DNA of 64,000 bases from Obrimoposthia wandeli (GCA_977020255.1 CDROCS010004540.1:62001-126000), one strand, 5' to 3'; counted from the first letter of the stretch, positions 10,165 to 22,604 are shown. Notes: a model not told the origin generated them from the sequence alone. Made by a program: numbers and translations.

Positions 10165-10267
10165 TAAATACCAAATATAAAGCAAAAAAGAAATAAGCCG
10201 CGCAGTATACGCAGCTATGGTGAGTGATCAATAAAAACCATCAATAATAAATTCATCAGAAAAATGA

Positions 10268-11569
10268 TCAACTGCGGTTATTACGACCACCTGAGCGATT
10301 ATTGGCACCTTTATTAGCACTCGAACGATTGCCGGTTTTAGTACCATAAGCACGATCTTTTTGACGACTTTTTTGCGCACTGCGAGAATTCTTTTTATTC
10401 TTCGGCACGGGCTTGGTTAAGTCAGGCTCGTAACCTGGATACCAAGACTGTGGTACTCGTTCATCGAGTACTGCTTCAATTTCTTCTAATAAATATTCTT
10501 CACCCATACTCATCAAAGAAACCGCTAAGCCTTCTAAGCCAGCACGACCGGTACGACCAATACGGTGAATATAATCTTCAGCGATATAAGGCAATTCATA
10601 GTTAATCACATACTGTAATTGCTGAATATCCAAACCCCGCGCGGCAACATCCGTTGCGACCAAGGCACGCACTTTACCTTCCTTGAATTCTTCTAACGCA
10701 CGTTCACGAGCACCCTGTGACTTATCACCATGAATCGACTGGGTTTTAATACCGTCTTTGCACATCTCTTTCGCTAGGGCATCAGCGCCTTCTCTGGTAC
10801 GTACAAAGATTAAAACCTGTTTCCAGTTTTTCGAGCCAATCATGAACGAGGTCAGTTCACGCTTTTTATCTTCATCAACCACATAGACCATCTGCTCAAC
10901 TTTCGAGGCCGTTGTATTACGTGCATCAACTTCAATCAGCTCAGGATCTTTAAGAATATTTTTACTTAAAGTAAAAATCTCTTCATTAAACGTAGCCGAA
11001 AATAGCATGGTCTGACGATCTCTCGGCACATGTTTTAGAATGCGCTGAATATCGATAATAAAGCCCATATCCAACATACGGTCAGCTTCATCAAAAACTA
11101 AGAACTGTAGTTTCGATAAACTGACGGCCTCTTTATGCATTAAATCCAATAAGCGCCCTGGTGTTGCTACCAGAATATCAACACCGTCTGCTAACGCATT
11201 AATTTGTGAATTAATACTTACGCCACCATAAGCGATTGCGCTGGTTAAACCAGTATCATCACCGTATTTAACAAAGCTCTTATACACTTGCTGAGCCAGT
11301 TCACGAGTCGGCACCAGTACCAAAGCGCGCAACGGCTGAACTTCATCAGAGGCTAATGGATTTTGTTCACGAATGGCTAATAGCTGATGCAAAATAGGCA
11401 AAGCAAACGCAGCGGTTTTACCCGTTCCCGTTTGCGCCCCAGCCATAACATCCTTGCCCGCCAATAGCGTAGGAATCGCCGCCATTTGAATCGGCGTTGC
11501 GGTTTCATAACCTGCGGCGGTAAGACCTGACAATAAACGATCATCTAGATTTAACGAAGAAAAAGACAT
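10268..11569 (-). CDS. DEAD-box RNA helicase (RhlE-like)
   Basis: AQTGTGKT, PTRELA, DEADRMLDMGF, SAT, HRIGRTGRAG; basic tail. Confidence 0.95.
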   Translation of the reverse strand: MSFSSLNLDDRLLSGLTAAGYETATPIQMAAIPTLLAGKDVMAGAQTGTGKTAAFALPILHQLLAIREQNPLASDEVQPLRALVLVPTRELAQQVYKSFVKYGDDTGLTSAIAYGGVSINSQINALADGVDILVATPGRLLDLMHKEAVSLSKLQFLVFDEADRMLDMGFIIDIQRILKHVPRDRQTMLFSATFNEEIFTLSKNILKDPELIEVDARNTTASKVEQMVYVVDEDKKRELTSFMIGSKNWKQVLIFVRTREGADALAKEMCKDGIKTQSIHGDKSQGARERALEEFKEGKVRALVATDVAARGLDIQQLQYVINYELPYIAEDYIHRIGRTGRAGLEGLAVSLMSMGEEYLLEEIEAVLDERVPQSWYPGYEPDLTKPVPKNKKNSRSAQKSRQKDRAYGTKTGNRSSANKGANNRSGGRNNRS

Positions 11570-11600
11570 AATTGGTTACCTTAGCGTCCGCAGACACTAC

Positions 11601-11630
11601 AAACAAAACCAGCGCCTAAAAAGCGCTGGT
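11601..11630 (-). terminator. Intrinsic terminator after the acyltransferase gene
   Basis: ACCAGCGC-7nt-GCGCTGGT (11608-11630) followed on the minus strand by TTTGTTT. Confidence 0.6.
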
Positions 11631-11680
11631 ATAAATAATATAAATTGAGTCATGACATCAAGTAATAAGCACTTGGCTAA

Positions 11681-12604
11681 CTACTTTTTGTAGAAATTTG
11701 AACGCCCTTCGGGCTGACGGCGAAAGCGTTTATAGTTCCACTGGTATTGCTCAGGGCAATCATTAATGCAGTCTTCAATACTGCTATTTAACGCAGTCGC
11801 CGCCGCTAGTTCATCGGTATTACGAATGTCGGTATGCGCTGGTTTTAACACCACGCCATAATTTCCATCTTCCAAACGTTTGGCATAACAACACAATAAA
11901 AAGGCCGAAGTATTATTGGCTAACTCACCAATTAACTTGCCGGTTAATGCTGTTTGGCCAAAGAAAGGCGCAAATACACCACTCTTTAATCCTGGCTCTT
12001 GATCAGGCAGAACAGCGACAACGCCTTTATCATCAAGCAGCTTATACAAAGATTCCACACCACCACGATCCGCTGGCACCAAACCGACATCAACACGTTT
12101 ACGGGTACTAAAAATAAAATTATCCAACGCCGGAATTTTGGCCGGTTTGTACATCACCGTCATAAATAGATACTGACGGAAAAAATGATTCAAAACTTCC
12201 CAATTACCTAAATGAGGCGCAATAAGAATAATGCCCTGTTTATCTTCTAAAGCCTTCTCAAGATGCTCTAGCCCTTCAACCTGAGTAATCAATTTTTGTA
12301 CTTTAGGAATAGGCCACATCCACGACATGCCCATTTCAGCATAGGTTTTACCCAACGCGATTAAACTTTTACGAGCCAACTGCTCTATCTCAGATTCACT
12401 GAGATCAGGATAGCAAAGACGTAAATTGATCTTCGCAACTCGAGCATTACCAGTAAACCACAGCAGCCTACCGATGGCAGAGCCAAGAGCATGGGCCCCC
12501 GATAACGGCAAAAATGAGACTAAGCGAATAAGACCAATACCAAGATAAACAGCAAGATTCTTCACAGCTATTCCTATATTTGTTTTTTTAGAAGGATAAA
12601 TCAT
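11681..12604 (-). CDS. Lipid A biosynthesis (LpxL/HtrB-family) acyltransferase
   Basis: PHLGNWE (HX4D/E) motif, LPDQEP, PFFG, CPEQYQWNYKRFR. Confidence 0.9.
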   Translation of the reverse strand: MIYPSKKTNIGIAVKNLAVYLGIGLIRLVSFLPLSGAHALGSAIGRLLWFTGNARVAKINLRLCYPDLSESEIEQLARKSLIALGKTYAEMGMSWMWPIPKVQKLITQVEGLEHLEKALEDKQGIILIAPHLGNWEVLNHFFRQYLFMTVMYKPAKIPALDNFIFSTRKRVDVGLVPADRGGVESLYKLLDDKGVVAVLPDQEPGLKSGVFAPFFGQTALTGKLIGELANNTSAFLLCCYAKRLEDGNYGVVLKPAHTDIRNTDELAAATALNSSIEDCINDCPEQYQWNYKRFRRQPEGRSNFYKK

Positions 12605-12688
12605 TAGAATATAACGCGCTAGAATAGCATTTTGCTGAACCGATCTCGATACTTTCGTTGTTTGAATAAGACCTTTTAGGGTTAGGAA

Positions 12689-13915
12689 TTAATCAATATC
12701 ATCCAGAGAGACGCGTACAGGAAGGGTTATGGTAAACATTGTGCCGACACCCAGTTCACTAGAACAGCTTATTTGCCCCTGCAAGGTTTCTGTCACTAAC
12801 TTATAAATAATACTGGTACCAAGTCCACTGCCCCCCTGCCCATCACGCGTTGTATAGTAGGCTTCAAATACCTTAGCAAGACTTTCACTGGTCATTCCCC
12901 GACCATCATCACTGCAATTTAAATGTACGTTTGAGCCATCATGCACCACTCGGATAAGTATTTTACCTTTAGCCTCATCGTCAAAAGCATGGATAATAGA
13001 ATTCATCACAATATTAGTAATAACCTGAGACAAAGCCCCAGGGTAGCTATCAACCACTAGGTCATCGCCAATAATACTGACTTCATGCTGACTCTTTCTC
13101 AACGCGGGTGTTAAGCTGCTAATCACCCGCCTGAGATAATCATGAAGAACAAAAGAACGCGCTTTCTCACTCGATACATCCACCGCGACCAGTTTAAAAT
13201 TCTCCACCATCTCGATAGAACGATTCAAGTTGGATAACATAATATCCAACGTTTCATCTACCGTATCAATATAAGATCTGACAGCCCCAGCAGATATGGA
13301 CTTGTCATTGAGTGCTTGCGAAGTCTGTTTACTAACATCGACTAAATAAGAGGCTGCGGTGATACACAGGCCCATCGGGGTATTTAACTCGTGACTAAAA
13401 CCCGCAACTGAGCGACCCAGTGCCGCTGTTTTTTCACTGGCAATCAATTGCGCATGTAAATCCATCCGCTGCTGCTTATAATTTTTTAATTCAGAGGTTT
13501 TAGTTTCTTTTTGCTTGGGTAATGCAGGTATCGACAAGAGATTAGACATTCTCATTAATAATTCAGCATTGCGTATCGGCAGTAGTAGGACATCGAGATC
13601 AGAACCCAAAAGAGACGCAGGTATGCCATCCAGAGTATCAAGCTCACACAGTAGCAGAAATTGAGTATTGTTAAGGATTGGGGTTTCTTTTAGGGAATAA
13701 CAGAGGTCGAAGCTATTCGATTGATCGATAATAATTAGTTGATAGGGTAATTCATTTTCAAGAACTAATTCATCAACAACCAAGCCATCAACAATAAGAT
13801 CACTCATCAGTACAGAGGTGACATGATATCCAGCCATCTGTAAGACCTGAGTTAAATCTTCTAAATGATTAGTTTCATTTTCAATTACCAAAATCTTAAC
13901 AGAGCTTAAAGTCAT
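12689..13915 (-). CDS. Receiver-like domain plus histidine kinase
   Basis: SHELNTP H-box, QVITNIVMNS N-box, DDGRG, GSGLG; divergent N-terminal REC domain. Confidence 0.85.
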   Translation of the reverse strand: MTLSSVKILVIENETNHLEDLTQVLQMAGYHVTSVLMSDLIVDGLVVDELVLENELPYQLIIIDQSNSFDLCYSLKETPILNNTQFLLLCELDTLDGIPASLLGSDLDVLLLPIRNAELLMRMSNLLSIPALPKQKETKTSELKNYKQQRMDLHAQLIASEKTAALGRSVAGFSHELNTPMGLCITAASYLVDVSKQTSQALNDKSISAGAVRSYIDTVDETLDIMLSNLNRSIEMVENFKLVAVDVSSEKARSFVLHDYLRRVISSLTPALRKSQHEVSIIGDDLVVDSYPGALSQVITNIVMNSIIHAFDDEAKGKILIRVVHDGSNVHLNCSDDGRGMTSESLAKVFEAYYTTRDGQGGSGLGTSIIYKLVTETLQGQISCSSELGVGTMFTITLPVRVSLDDID

Positions 13916-14010
13916 ACTATCCAGAATTAATCGCCACCAATAGCCCTAGTATAGGAAACTTGGCTCTGCTGTCATGTGAAAAGCACATTTAAATGTCATA
14001 AAGAACACAT

Positions 14011-14367
14011 TTAAGGGCCTAGCTTTTCAGGCCTTTCATCCTCAGGCAACTCAGCAACCATCGCGCGCGCCAAAGCCATCCAATCTTCTACCAATGCCTG
14101 TGCAACAATAGCCAAGCCTTGAGTTGTTGCATCATGCTGACCACGGCTTGCCAAACCTTCAACTACCGTGCGTACCTGTAAAGCATCTAAATGTATTGTA
14201 AAACAATCAGTTAAAGGGTTATCGATATCACCCTCTAACTTAGGCAATGGCACGGTTGAGGTAATATTGCGAATCGTTAACGCCAGCGCAGGACTGCCCT
14301 TGCGTAATAAATCATAGGTCAGCTTCAAACTGCCCCGACTGAATATATAAGGATCACTATGATTCAT
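14011..14367 (-). CDS. Hypothetical protein
   Basis: 118-aa ORF filling the gap, normal composition, no recognised motif. Confidence 0.65.
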   Translation of the reverse strand: MNHSDPYIFSRGSLKLTYDLLRKGSPALALTIRNITSTVPLPKLEGDIDNPLTDCFTIHLDALQVRTVVEGLASRGQHDATTQGLAIVAQALVEDWMALARAMVAELPEDERPEKLGP

Positions 14368-14490
14368 AAAAGTCCGCCATCGCCTACTTAATCACATAAG
14401 CTTTAAACGGTTGTTTTAAGCCACTGCAATAAAGTGTAGGTAATGACGGCGCACAATGACAATGGCCAAACCGCCTGAGACAATGACGGC

Positions 14491-15117
14491 CTATCGATTA
14501 TCAACCAATACCTCATCATTCCATTCATGATATTGACTGGGTAACCAACTCACCCTATACGCATCCTGATGCCATTCAATATCGGCTAATACATCACAAC
14601 TTAAACACATCCCCCACATGACAATACCTTGCTGAAAATACAAAGCAGAAAAACCAGGAGTCGAGCTATCAATCAGTAAAAGCTGCACTACTTCACCACT
14701 ACGATCATTTTGCACCAACAAGACCTTAGCATACTCACCATTACGCAGTTTACCGACCGCAATGCTCCAATGCTCAAACTCACCATCTTGATTGCCATCT
14801 ACCAGCATATCCAACTGCCCACCCGAATCAGCAACTTGCTGACACTGCTGCTGAGTCAAAGAGCCATTCTGGCAATTAATGATCGTGATATGAGTCAGTT
14901 CATCATGCAAGTCTGACACTGCTTGGCCTGAGATAGAGGTCTCTTTAGGCTCAATCGAAAAATCTAATGACCAGCTTGGATCAAATGTTTCGGCATTCAC
15001 CGATAGGCTGGCTAACACACCCATCAGAGCCAACACTATTACTCTTAGTGGATAAAGCACATTTAATGGACCAAGCACACTTAATGGATTACATAGAATG
15101 TTCATAGAGCACCTCAA
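14491..15117 (-). CDS. Hypothetical secreted protein
   Basis: Signal-like segment ending SVNA, acidic mature region, two Cys pairs (true start may be internal). Confidence 0.65.
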   Translation of the reverse strand: MRCSMNILCNPLSVLGPLNVLYPLRVIVLALMGVLASLSVNAETFDPSWSLDFSIEPKETSISGQAVSDLHDELTHITIINCQNGSLTQQQCQQVADSGGQLDMLVDGNQDGEFEHWSIAVGKLRNGEYAKVLLVQNDRSGEVVQLLLIDSSTPGFSALYFQQGIVMWGMCLSCDVLADIEWHQDAYRVSWLPSQYHEWNDEVLVDNR

Positions 15118-15299
15118 TAAAGACGTTATTTAATCAATAAAACCATTATCTAGACGCCCTGTGAGTTTTTTGTGAGAATTTAAATATAGGGTGCATTAAT
15201 CTACTATTATCAATGCAGGGGATTAATTTTAGTCGACACCGCGATAAGCCCAGCGGTATAAATGGGTATACTCATATCGATAAACCGAGTGAATGGTAA

Positions 15300-16877
15300 A
15301 TGGATGTAAAAAAAAGGAATGCGCTAGAAAACCGCCTGCTTTCTAAGCTCTGGCAAAAATCACTAGATAACATGTTCATTTTAAAAGTTATTGGTAATGA
15401 TTATTATGTTGTCAGTACAAATGATGCCCAGCAAGAGTCTGTTCACATTGAAGAATTAGACCATCTCGACAAACCCCTACGGGAAGTCCTTCCTGCCGAG
15501 CTCTATAATTTTGTTGCCCCAAATTATCACCGCTGCATTCAAAGTCACACCCCAATTCAATATGAAGAAAGTGAAACCTTTACCAGTGGCGATGGCAGCA
15601 TACGCCACTGGAGCACGATGCTATCACCCATCAGCGACGATAACGGCAGAGTTGATTATATTTTTGGCATCTCTCGAAATATCACTGAATTAAAAAATGC
15701 CAAGCAAGCCGCAGAGAAATCGACCCTACTGGCAGAAAAAGCAAACAAAGTGAAAACTCACTTCTTGGCCAACATGAGCCATGAAATGCGTACGCCGTTA
15801 AATGGCATTCAATGTGCTGTAGAGTTATTAAAAGAAGCACAGAGTGAACAAGAAAGAGCTGAACTCATAAGTATTATTGAAAGCTCAACAGAAGCATTGT
15901 CGAGGCAAACCAATGATATTTTACATTATGCCAAAATAGGGAAAGGTAAAATATCGCTGCAAGAAACAGACTACTCTCCGCTTGAGTTAATTCAATCGGT
16001 GGTGAAAATAATTACTTATAAAGCTGAGTTTAAGTCTTTAATTATTAATGTTTCGATCAACGAACAAGTACCCGATTTAGTGAGCGGTGACCCCGACAGA
16101 GTCAAACAGATACTATTGAACATCGTCAACAATGCGGTTAAATTCACCCACCAAGGCAGCGTATCCATTTCCTTAGAGCTTGAAAAATCAAAACAATTAC
16201 TTCATTTTTGTATTATCGATACCGGCATTGGCATTCGGGAATCTGATCAAGAAAAACTGTTTAAAGCCTTTAGCCAAGTCGATGACTCCACTACCCGACA
16301 ATTCGAAGGTAATGGCCTTGGCTTAGTCATCAGTAAGAGCTTAGTTGAACTCATGCAAGGAGAAATAAATCTCTCTAGTCGCTTAGGTAAAGGAACAAAA
16401 TGTGAATTTTCTATTCCCTATAAAATGGCAACAAGAAACCCCGAAATAAAAGCTGAGAAAAACAACCATAATTTAAAAAATATAAGTATTCTAATTGTGG
16501 AAGATAATCCAACCAATCAATTTGTTCTGAAAAAAATATTCAAAAAAACAACGGCTTCAATTACCTTAGCCAATCATGGTAAACAAGCAATTGAGCTATG
16601 CGAGAATAAGTCTTTTGATCTAATTCTAATGGATTGGCACATGCCGATACTCGATGGCTTAGAAACCACTAAACTGCTAAGAACAAATCCAGTATTTGCT
16701 AGTACACCAATACTGGGCTTAACCGCAAGCGTGATGAAAGAAGATATTAAAGCGTGCCTTGATGCTGGCATGAACGAAGTAATAACCAAACCCATCAACC
16801 GTGAAGAGTTATTGAGTATTGTCACCAAGTACAGCAATCAACTCTCTTCACAGGCTAATGATGCTAGCGCTTCATGA
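15300..16877 (+). CDS. PAS-domain hybrid sensor histidine kinase / response regulator
   Basis: PAS-like N-terminus, FLANMSHEMRTPLNGI, NAVKFT, DTGIGI, GLGL, C-terminal REC (LMDWHMP..KP). Confidence 0.93.
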   Translation: MDVKKRNALENRLLSKLWQKSLDNMFILKVIGNDYYVVSTNDAQQESVHIEELDHLDKPLREVLPAELYNFVAPNYHRCIQSHTPIQYEESETFTSGDGSIRHWSTMLSPISDDNGRVDYIFGISRNITELKNAKQAAEKSTLLAEKANKVKTHFLANMSHEMRTPLNGIQCAVELLKEAQSEQERAELISIIESSTEALSRQTNDILHYAKIGKGKISLQETDYSPLELIQSVVKIITYKAEFKSLIINVSINEQVPDLVSGDPDRVKQILLNIVNNAVKFTHQGSVSISLELEKSKQLLHFCIIDTGIGIRESDQEKLFKAFSQVDDSTTRQFEGNGLGLVISKSLVELMQGEINLSSRLGKGTKCEFSIPYKMATRNPEIKAEKNNHNLKNISILIVEDNPTNQFVLKKIFKKTTASITLANHGKQAIELCENKSFDLILMDWHMPILDGLETTKLLRTNPVFASTPILGLTASVMKEDIKACLDAGMNEVITKPINREELLSIVTKYSNQLSSQANDASAS

Positions 16878-16882
16878 AACCT

Positions 16883-17986
16883 CTAACGTCCTAATAGCTG
16901 GTGAATTTCGGTTAACAATTCTTCGGTTTGCTTCCAACTAATGCAAGAATCTGTAATTGATAAACCGTATTCCAAGCCGCTGCCATCTGGCCCATTCATT
17001 CCCTGCTTACCCGCTTGCAGGAAGCTTTCTAGCATCAAACCACTGATCGCAGAATTCCCAGCTCGGTATTGCATCACGACTTGCTTAGCAATATCCAACT
17101 GACGATCATGCTGCTTTTGCGCATTATCATGACTGCAATCAACAATCACCTTCGCGTGCAGCTGATTACCCGCTTTTGCTTTATCAAGCTGAGCCACTGC
17201 GTTTTGAATACTGACATCATCGTAGTTCGTTAGATTGCGTCCACCACGCAATACCACATGCGTATCTGGATTTCCCGGGGTATCTAGCATAGCGATATTG
17301 CCATCAACATCGGTGCCTAAGCAGTGATGACTACGACTTGCAGAAATCATCGCATTAACCGCAGTATCGACCGAGCCATCAGTGCCATTTTTGATCCCCA
17401 CTGGCATCGATAAATGACTAATCATTTCACGATGAATTTGCGATTCTGCGGTGCGCGCACCAATCGCCGTCCAGCTGATTAAATCTTCTAAGTAGCTCAT
17501 CGTCATTGGATTTAGCGCTTCTGTCGCGAGCGGCAAACCCATTTCCACCAACTGCAATAGCAAGGTTCGAGAAACTTCTAAGCCTTTTTTGATATCGCCA
17601 GCACCATTACGATCAGGATCGTAAGCGAGGCCCTTCCAACCCGTAGTCGTTCTTGGTTTCTCTACGTACGCTCGCATTACAATTAATAAACGGTCAGAAA
17701 GCTGCTCGTTCAAAGCAACCAAACGCTGGCCATACTCTAATACCGCTACGGGATCGTGCAGCGAACAAGGGCCAGTAATAATCAATAAACGATCATCCTC
17801 ACCTTGTAACAACTGGCGTATTTGCTGACGCTGCTGATCGACTTGGCGCTGTAAAACGTCACTCAATGGCAAAGCTTGTTTCAACTGCCGTGGCGTCGGT
17901 AAAGGCCGTACTGCCGCTAGTTGATTGTCAGTAGTAATGGTCGTGGCCTGAGGCTCTGTTACTAATGCTTGTACGTTGCTATTCAT
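16883..17986 (-). CDS. 3-deoxy-7-phosphoheptulonate (DAHP) synthase, class I (AroF/G/H family)
   Basis: GPCSLHD, RAYVEKPRT, WTAIGART, KNGTDG, LRGG, DCSHDN, ESFL, SITDSC. Confidence 0.95.
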   Translation of the reverse strand: MNSNVQALVTEPQATTITTDNQLAAVRPLPTPRQLKQALPLSDVLQRQVDQQRQQIRQLLQGEDDRLLIITGPCSLHDPVAVLEYGQRLVALNEQLSDRLLIVMRAYVEKPRTTTGWKGLAYDPDRNGAGDIKKGLEVSRTLLLQLVEMGLPLATEALNPMTMSYLEDLISWTAIGARTAESQIHREMISHLSMPVGIKNGTDGSVDTAVNAMISASRSHHCLGTDVDGNIAMLDTPGNPDTHVVLRGGRNLTNYDDVSIQNAVAQLDKAKAGNQLHAKVIVDCSHDNAQKQHDRQLDIAKQVVMQYRAGNSAISGLMLESFLQAGKQGMNGPDGSGLEYGLSITDSCISWKQTEELLTEIHQLLGR

Positions 17987-18052
17987 GGTGTACTCCTAGA
18001 TTTAATCTTCCCCCTTTTTTATTACGGCTTTAGAACAATGTTAAAACCGAGC

Positions 18053-18090
18053 AAAAAAAAACCCCGACCAGCTAACTGCTAATCGGGGTT
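18053..18090 (-). terminator. Attenuator (intrinsic terminator) in the DAHP synthase 5' leader
   Basis: mRNA AACCCCGAUUAGC-AGUUA-GCUGGUCGGGGUU (13-bp stem, 2 G-U) running into a 9-U tract, ~65 nt before the start codon. Confidence 0.85.
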
Positions 18091-18145
18091 CTGTAAGCAG
18101 TCGGCTGATTAGCCGGGCTGCTTATTGAATTCTATAAATCGAATA

Positions 18146-18307
18146 TCAAGTGCGACCCAGCTTGAAGCTAAAATAGCCCCAGAAAAACTCGGTAAAGCAC
18201 CAATACTGTTTTGATAAGCACTGTTTTGACAAGCACACAGAATCACCACGGCAAGAAGCAGAGCGGATAAGGTGTGTCATTTGAGTAACAGCATTTAATG
18301 TATTCAT
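18146..18307 (-). CDS. Aromatic-amino-acid leader peptide (not in ORF track)
   Basis: Hand translation: MNTLNAVTQMTHLIRSASCRGDSVCLSKQCLSKQYWCFTEFFWGYFSFKLGRT*. Alternative start ATG 18280. Confidence 0.8.
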   Translation of the reverse strand: MNTLNAVTQMTHLIRSASCRGDSVCLSKQCLSKQYWCFTEFFWGYFSFKLGRT

Positions 18308-18459
18308 ACATTCATCATAACCAAGTAATTTCAGATTGCAAAGGTTGATGTGTAACTAACATACCTGCCCATGCAGTCAGCTTCTAACCCTCTAACATTT
18401 CATCTATACTTCAATCATTATCGTTATACCTCATTTTTAAAGCATTTCAGAGAACCCTT

Positions 18460-19383
18460 ATGACTTACCCACGCGACATGCTGGGCTACGGCCAACACAG
18501 CCTAAACCCTCAATGGCCGAACAAAGCCAAAGTAGCCCTACAGTTTGTAATCAACTACGAAGAAGGTGGTGAAAACTGTATTTTGCATGGCGACAAGGCC
18601 TCGGAAGCGTTTTTATCTGAGATCGTTGGCGCGCCTGCCCTTGAGGGTGTGCGTAACATGAACATGGAGTCTATTTACGAATACGGTGCTCGCGCTGGCT
18701 TCTGGCGCTTACACCGCATGTTCACCGAGCGTGATATGCCAGTAACGGTTTATGGTGTAGCAACTGCATTACAGCGTAACCCTGAAATCGTTGCTGCTAT
18801 GAATTCTGCTGATTGGGAAATCGCCTCTCACGGTTTAAAGTGGATCGACTATCAATATATTGATAAAGAAGTCGAGCGTGAACACATGGCCGAAGCCATT
18901 CGTATTCATACCGAAGTCACGGGCAAACGACCACAAGGTTGGTATACCGGCCGCATGAGCCCGAATACTCGTGACCTAGTCGCTGAAGCAGGTGGTTTTG
19001 CTTATGATGCTGACTCTTACGCTGATGATCTTCCCTACTGGAACTACGACTACGAACAGCCGCATCTCGTGATTCCCTATACGTTAGATAGCAACGACAT
19101 GCGCTTTGCGACGAACCAAGGTTTCAACTGTGGCGATCAATTCTTTAGCTACCTAAAAGATTCATTTGATGTGTTATACGCAGAAGGCACCGCTACCGAG
19201 AAGAATCCAGCCGCGCCTAAGATGCTGAGTATCGGTTTACACTGTCGTTTAGTCGGCCGCCCTGGCCGTGCTGCTGCACTGGCACGTTTTCTAGATTATG
19301 TGCAAAGTCACGAAGATGTTTGGGTAACCCGACGTATCGATATCGCCGATCACTGGCGCGCAACTCATCCGCCGAAAGCGTAA
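18460..19383 (+). CDS. puuE: Allantoinase PuuE (polysaccharide deacetylase family)
   Basis: YPRDMLGYG, INYEEGGEN, ESIYEYGARAGFWR, IGLHCRLVGRPGR. Confidence 0.92.
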   Translation: MTYPRDMLGYGQHSLNPQWPNKAKVALQFVINYEEGGENCILHGDKASEAFLSEIVGAPALEGVRNMNMESIYEYGARAGFWRLHRMFTERDMPVTVYGVATALQRNPEIVAAMNSADWEIASHGLKWIDYQYIDKEVEREHMAEAIRIHTEVTGKRPQGWYTGRMSPNTRDLVAEAGGFAYDADSYADDLPYWNYDYEQPHLVIPYTLDSNDMRFATNQGFNCGDQFFSYLKDSFDVLYAEGTATEKNPAAPKMLSIGLHCRLVGRPGRAAALARFLDYVQSHEDVWVTRRIDIADHWRATHPPKA

Positions 19384-19454
19384 TATTATAAAGAGAGCAC
19401 TTCTATCTTAAACTGGGAGTGTTCAAGCAGTTTCAACTATTAATTTTCACAAAA

Positions 19455-20372
19455 TCAAATAACAGAGTCTGCTTGCCACTGCTTAAGAGTTTGCTTTACG
19501 TATGTTTTATAGGTACGGGGTGGGCGACCTAATAGCTCTTCGGTTATCGCGAGATGCTTAGAAAAGGTCGGCAATTTATATTTCCGAATCAGTCGATAAG
19601 TTTTCAATAAGTCGATTCGTTTTTTACCTGATAAATTTTTCTTTAATAAAGATTCCCAAAGGCTGTCATCTTCATAATAATTCACTGAGTAACCCATTGC
19701 ATTACTCCATACTGCCGCACATTGTGGCCCTGATAGTGACTCTGGCCCTACTATGGGATAAGCCCCAGACAAAATAGTTTGATCGGTTAATGCACTTACC
19801 GCTGCTTCACCAATATCTTCGGCATCTACTCTGTTAATGCCTTTTAAACCAAGAGGCTGCGGAAAAAGGTGGTCCTTCATAAGACTAGTGCGTATCAACT
19901 CGTCATTCTGATAAAAATTGGTTGGCATTAATATAACGACATCATTCGCCAGCTGACGCACTTTTTCAGAAAGCCGAAGTTTAGATTTATAGTGACTCAT
20001 CACAGCTTCGAAAGCGCTTCGCTTAATCCAGCGCAACACTCTATTTCCACCATCAACATGCACACCCACGAAGACGATTCGGATTGATCTGACATTACAG
20101 AAAACAGTAAATTGTTCTGCTATCATTTCTTCCTCTTCTAAATGCGGTGATACATAAAAGGCCGCACTAATACCCTCCAATGAACGCTGCACCGCAGCGG
20201 GATCAGAAAGATCTCCTTCCACAATCTCTACGTCCGCAGGCAATCCCAATGCCCGATGTTTAGATCGCACAAGAACACGAATGCGCAAGCCTTTTTTAAT
20301 CGCCGCTTTTAATACTTCACGACCGACTGTTCCCGTTACTCCCAAGATTAGGATGCAATTTTTATTGCTCAC
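19455..20372 (-). CDS. NmrA-like NAD(P)-binding protein
   Basis: GVTGTVG Rossmann motif, VEGDL, VDAEDIG. Confidence 0.8.
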   Translation of the reverse strand: MSNKNCILILGVTGTVGREVLKAAIKKGLRIRVLVRSKHRALGLPADVEIVEGDLSDPAAVQRSLEGISAAFYVSPHLEEEEMIAEQFTVFCNVRSIRIVFVGVHVDGGNRVLRWIKRSAFEAVMSHYKSKLRLSEKVRQLANDVVILMPTNFYQNDELIRTSLMKDHLFPQPLGLKGINRVDAEDIGEAAVSALTDQTILSGAYPIVGPESLSGPQCAAVWSNAMGYSVNYYEDDSLWESLLKKNLSGKKRIDLLKTYRLIRKYKLPTFSKHLAITEELLGRPPRTYKTYVKQTLKQWQADSVI

Positions 20373-20481
20373 ATTCGCTCTCTTTTTATATTTTTATCGG
20401 AGTGTATCTTATGCCAAATTCATTATGCTGTAAAAATAGATTAAGCTCGCTGAGCTACTAACATTTTTTTCAATGCAAACA

Positions 20482-20511
20482 AAAAAGCCCTAAATTTCTT
20501 TAGGGCTTTTT
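20482..20511. terminator. Intrinsic terminator downstream of fadH
   Basis: AAAAAGCCCTAAA-TTTC-TTTAGGGCTTTTT with A/T tracts on both sides. Confidence 0.75.
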
Positions 20512-20555
20512 ATTTTTTACGCTAGATCATTAACCCAGACAATTCATTAACTATC

Positions 20556-22604
<2,049 letters not shown>

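Noticed and set aside
8706-10185. Prophage around the CI-like repressor
   Set aside because: No cro, integrase, replication or structural genes; the flanks are housekeeping.
18307-18318. Four-codon ORF MMNV overlapping the leader start (ATGA)
   Set aside because: Too short to distinguish from chance in AT-rich sequence; no supporting feature.
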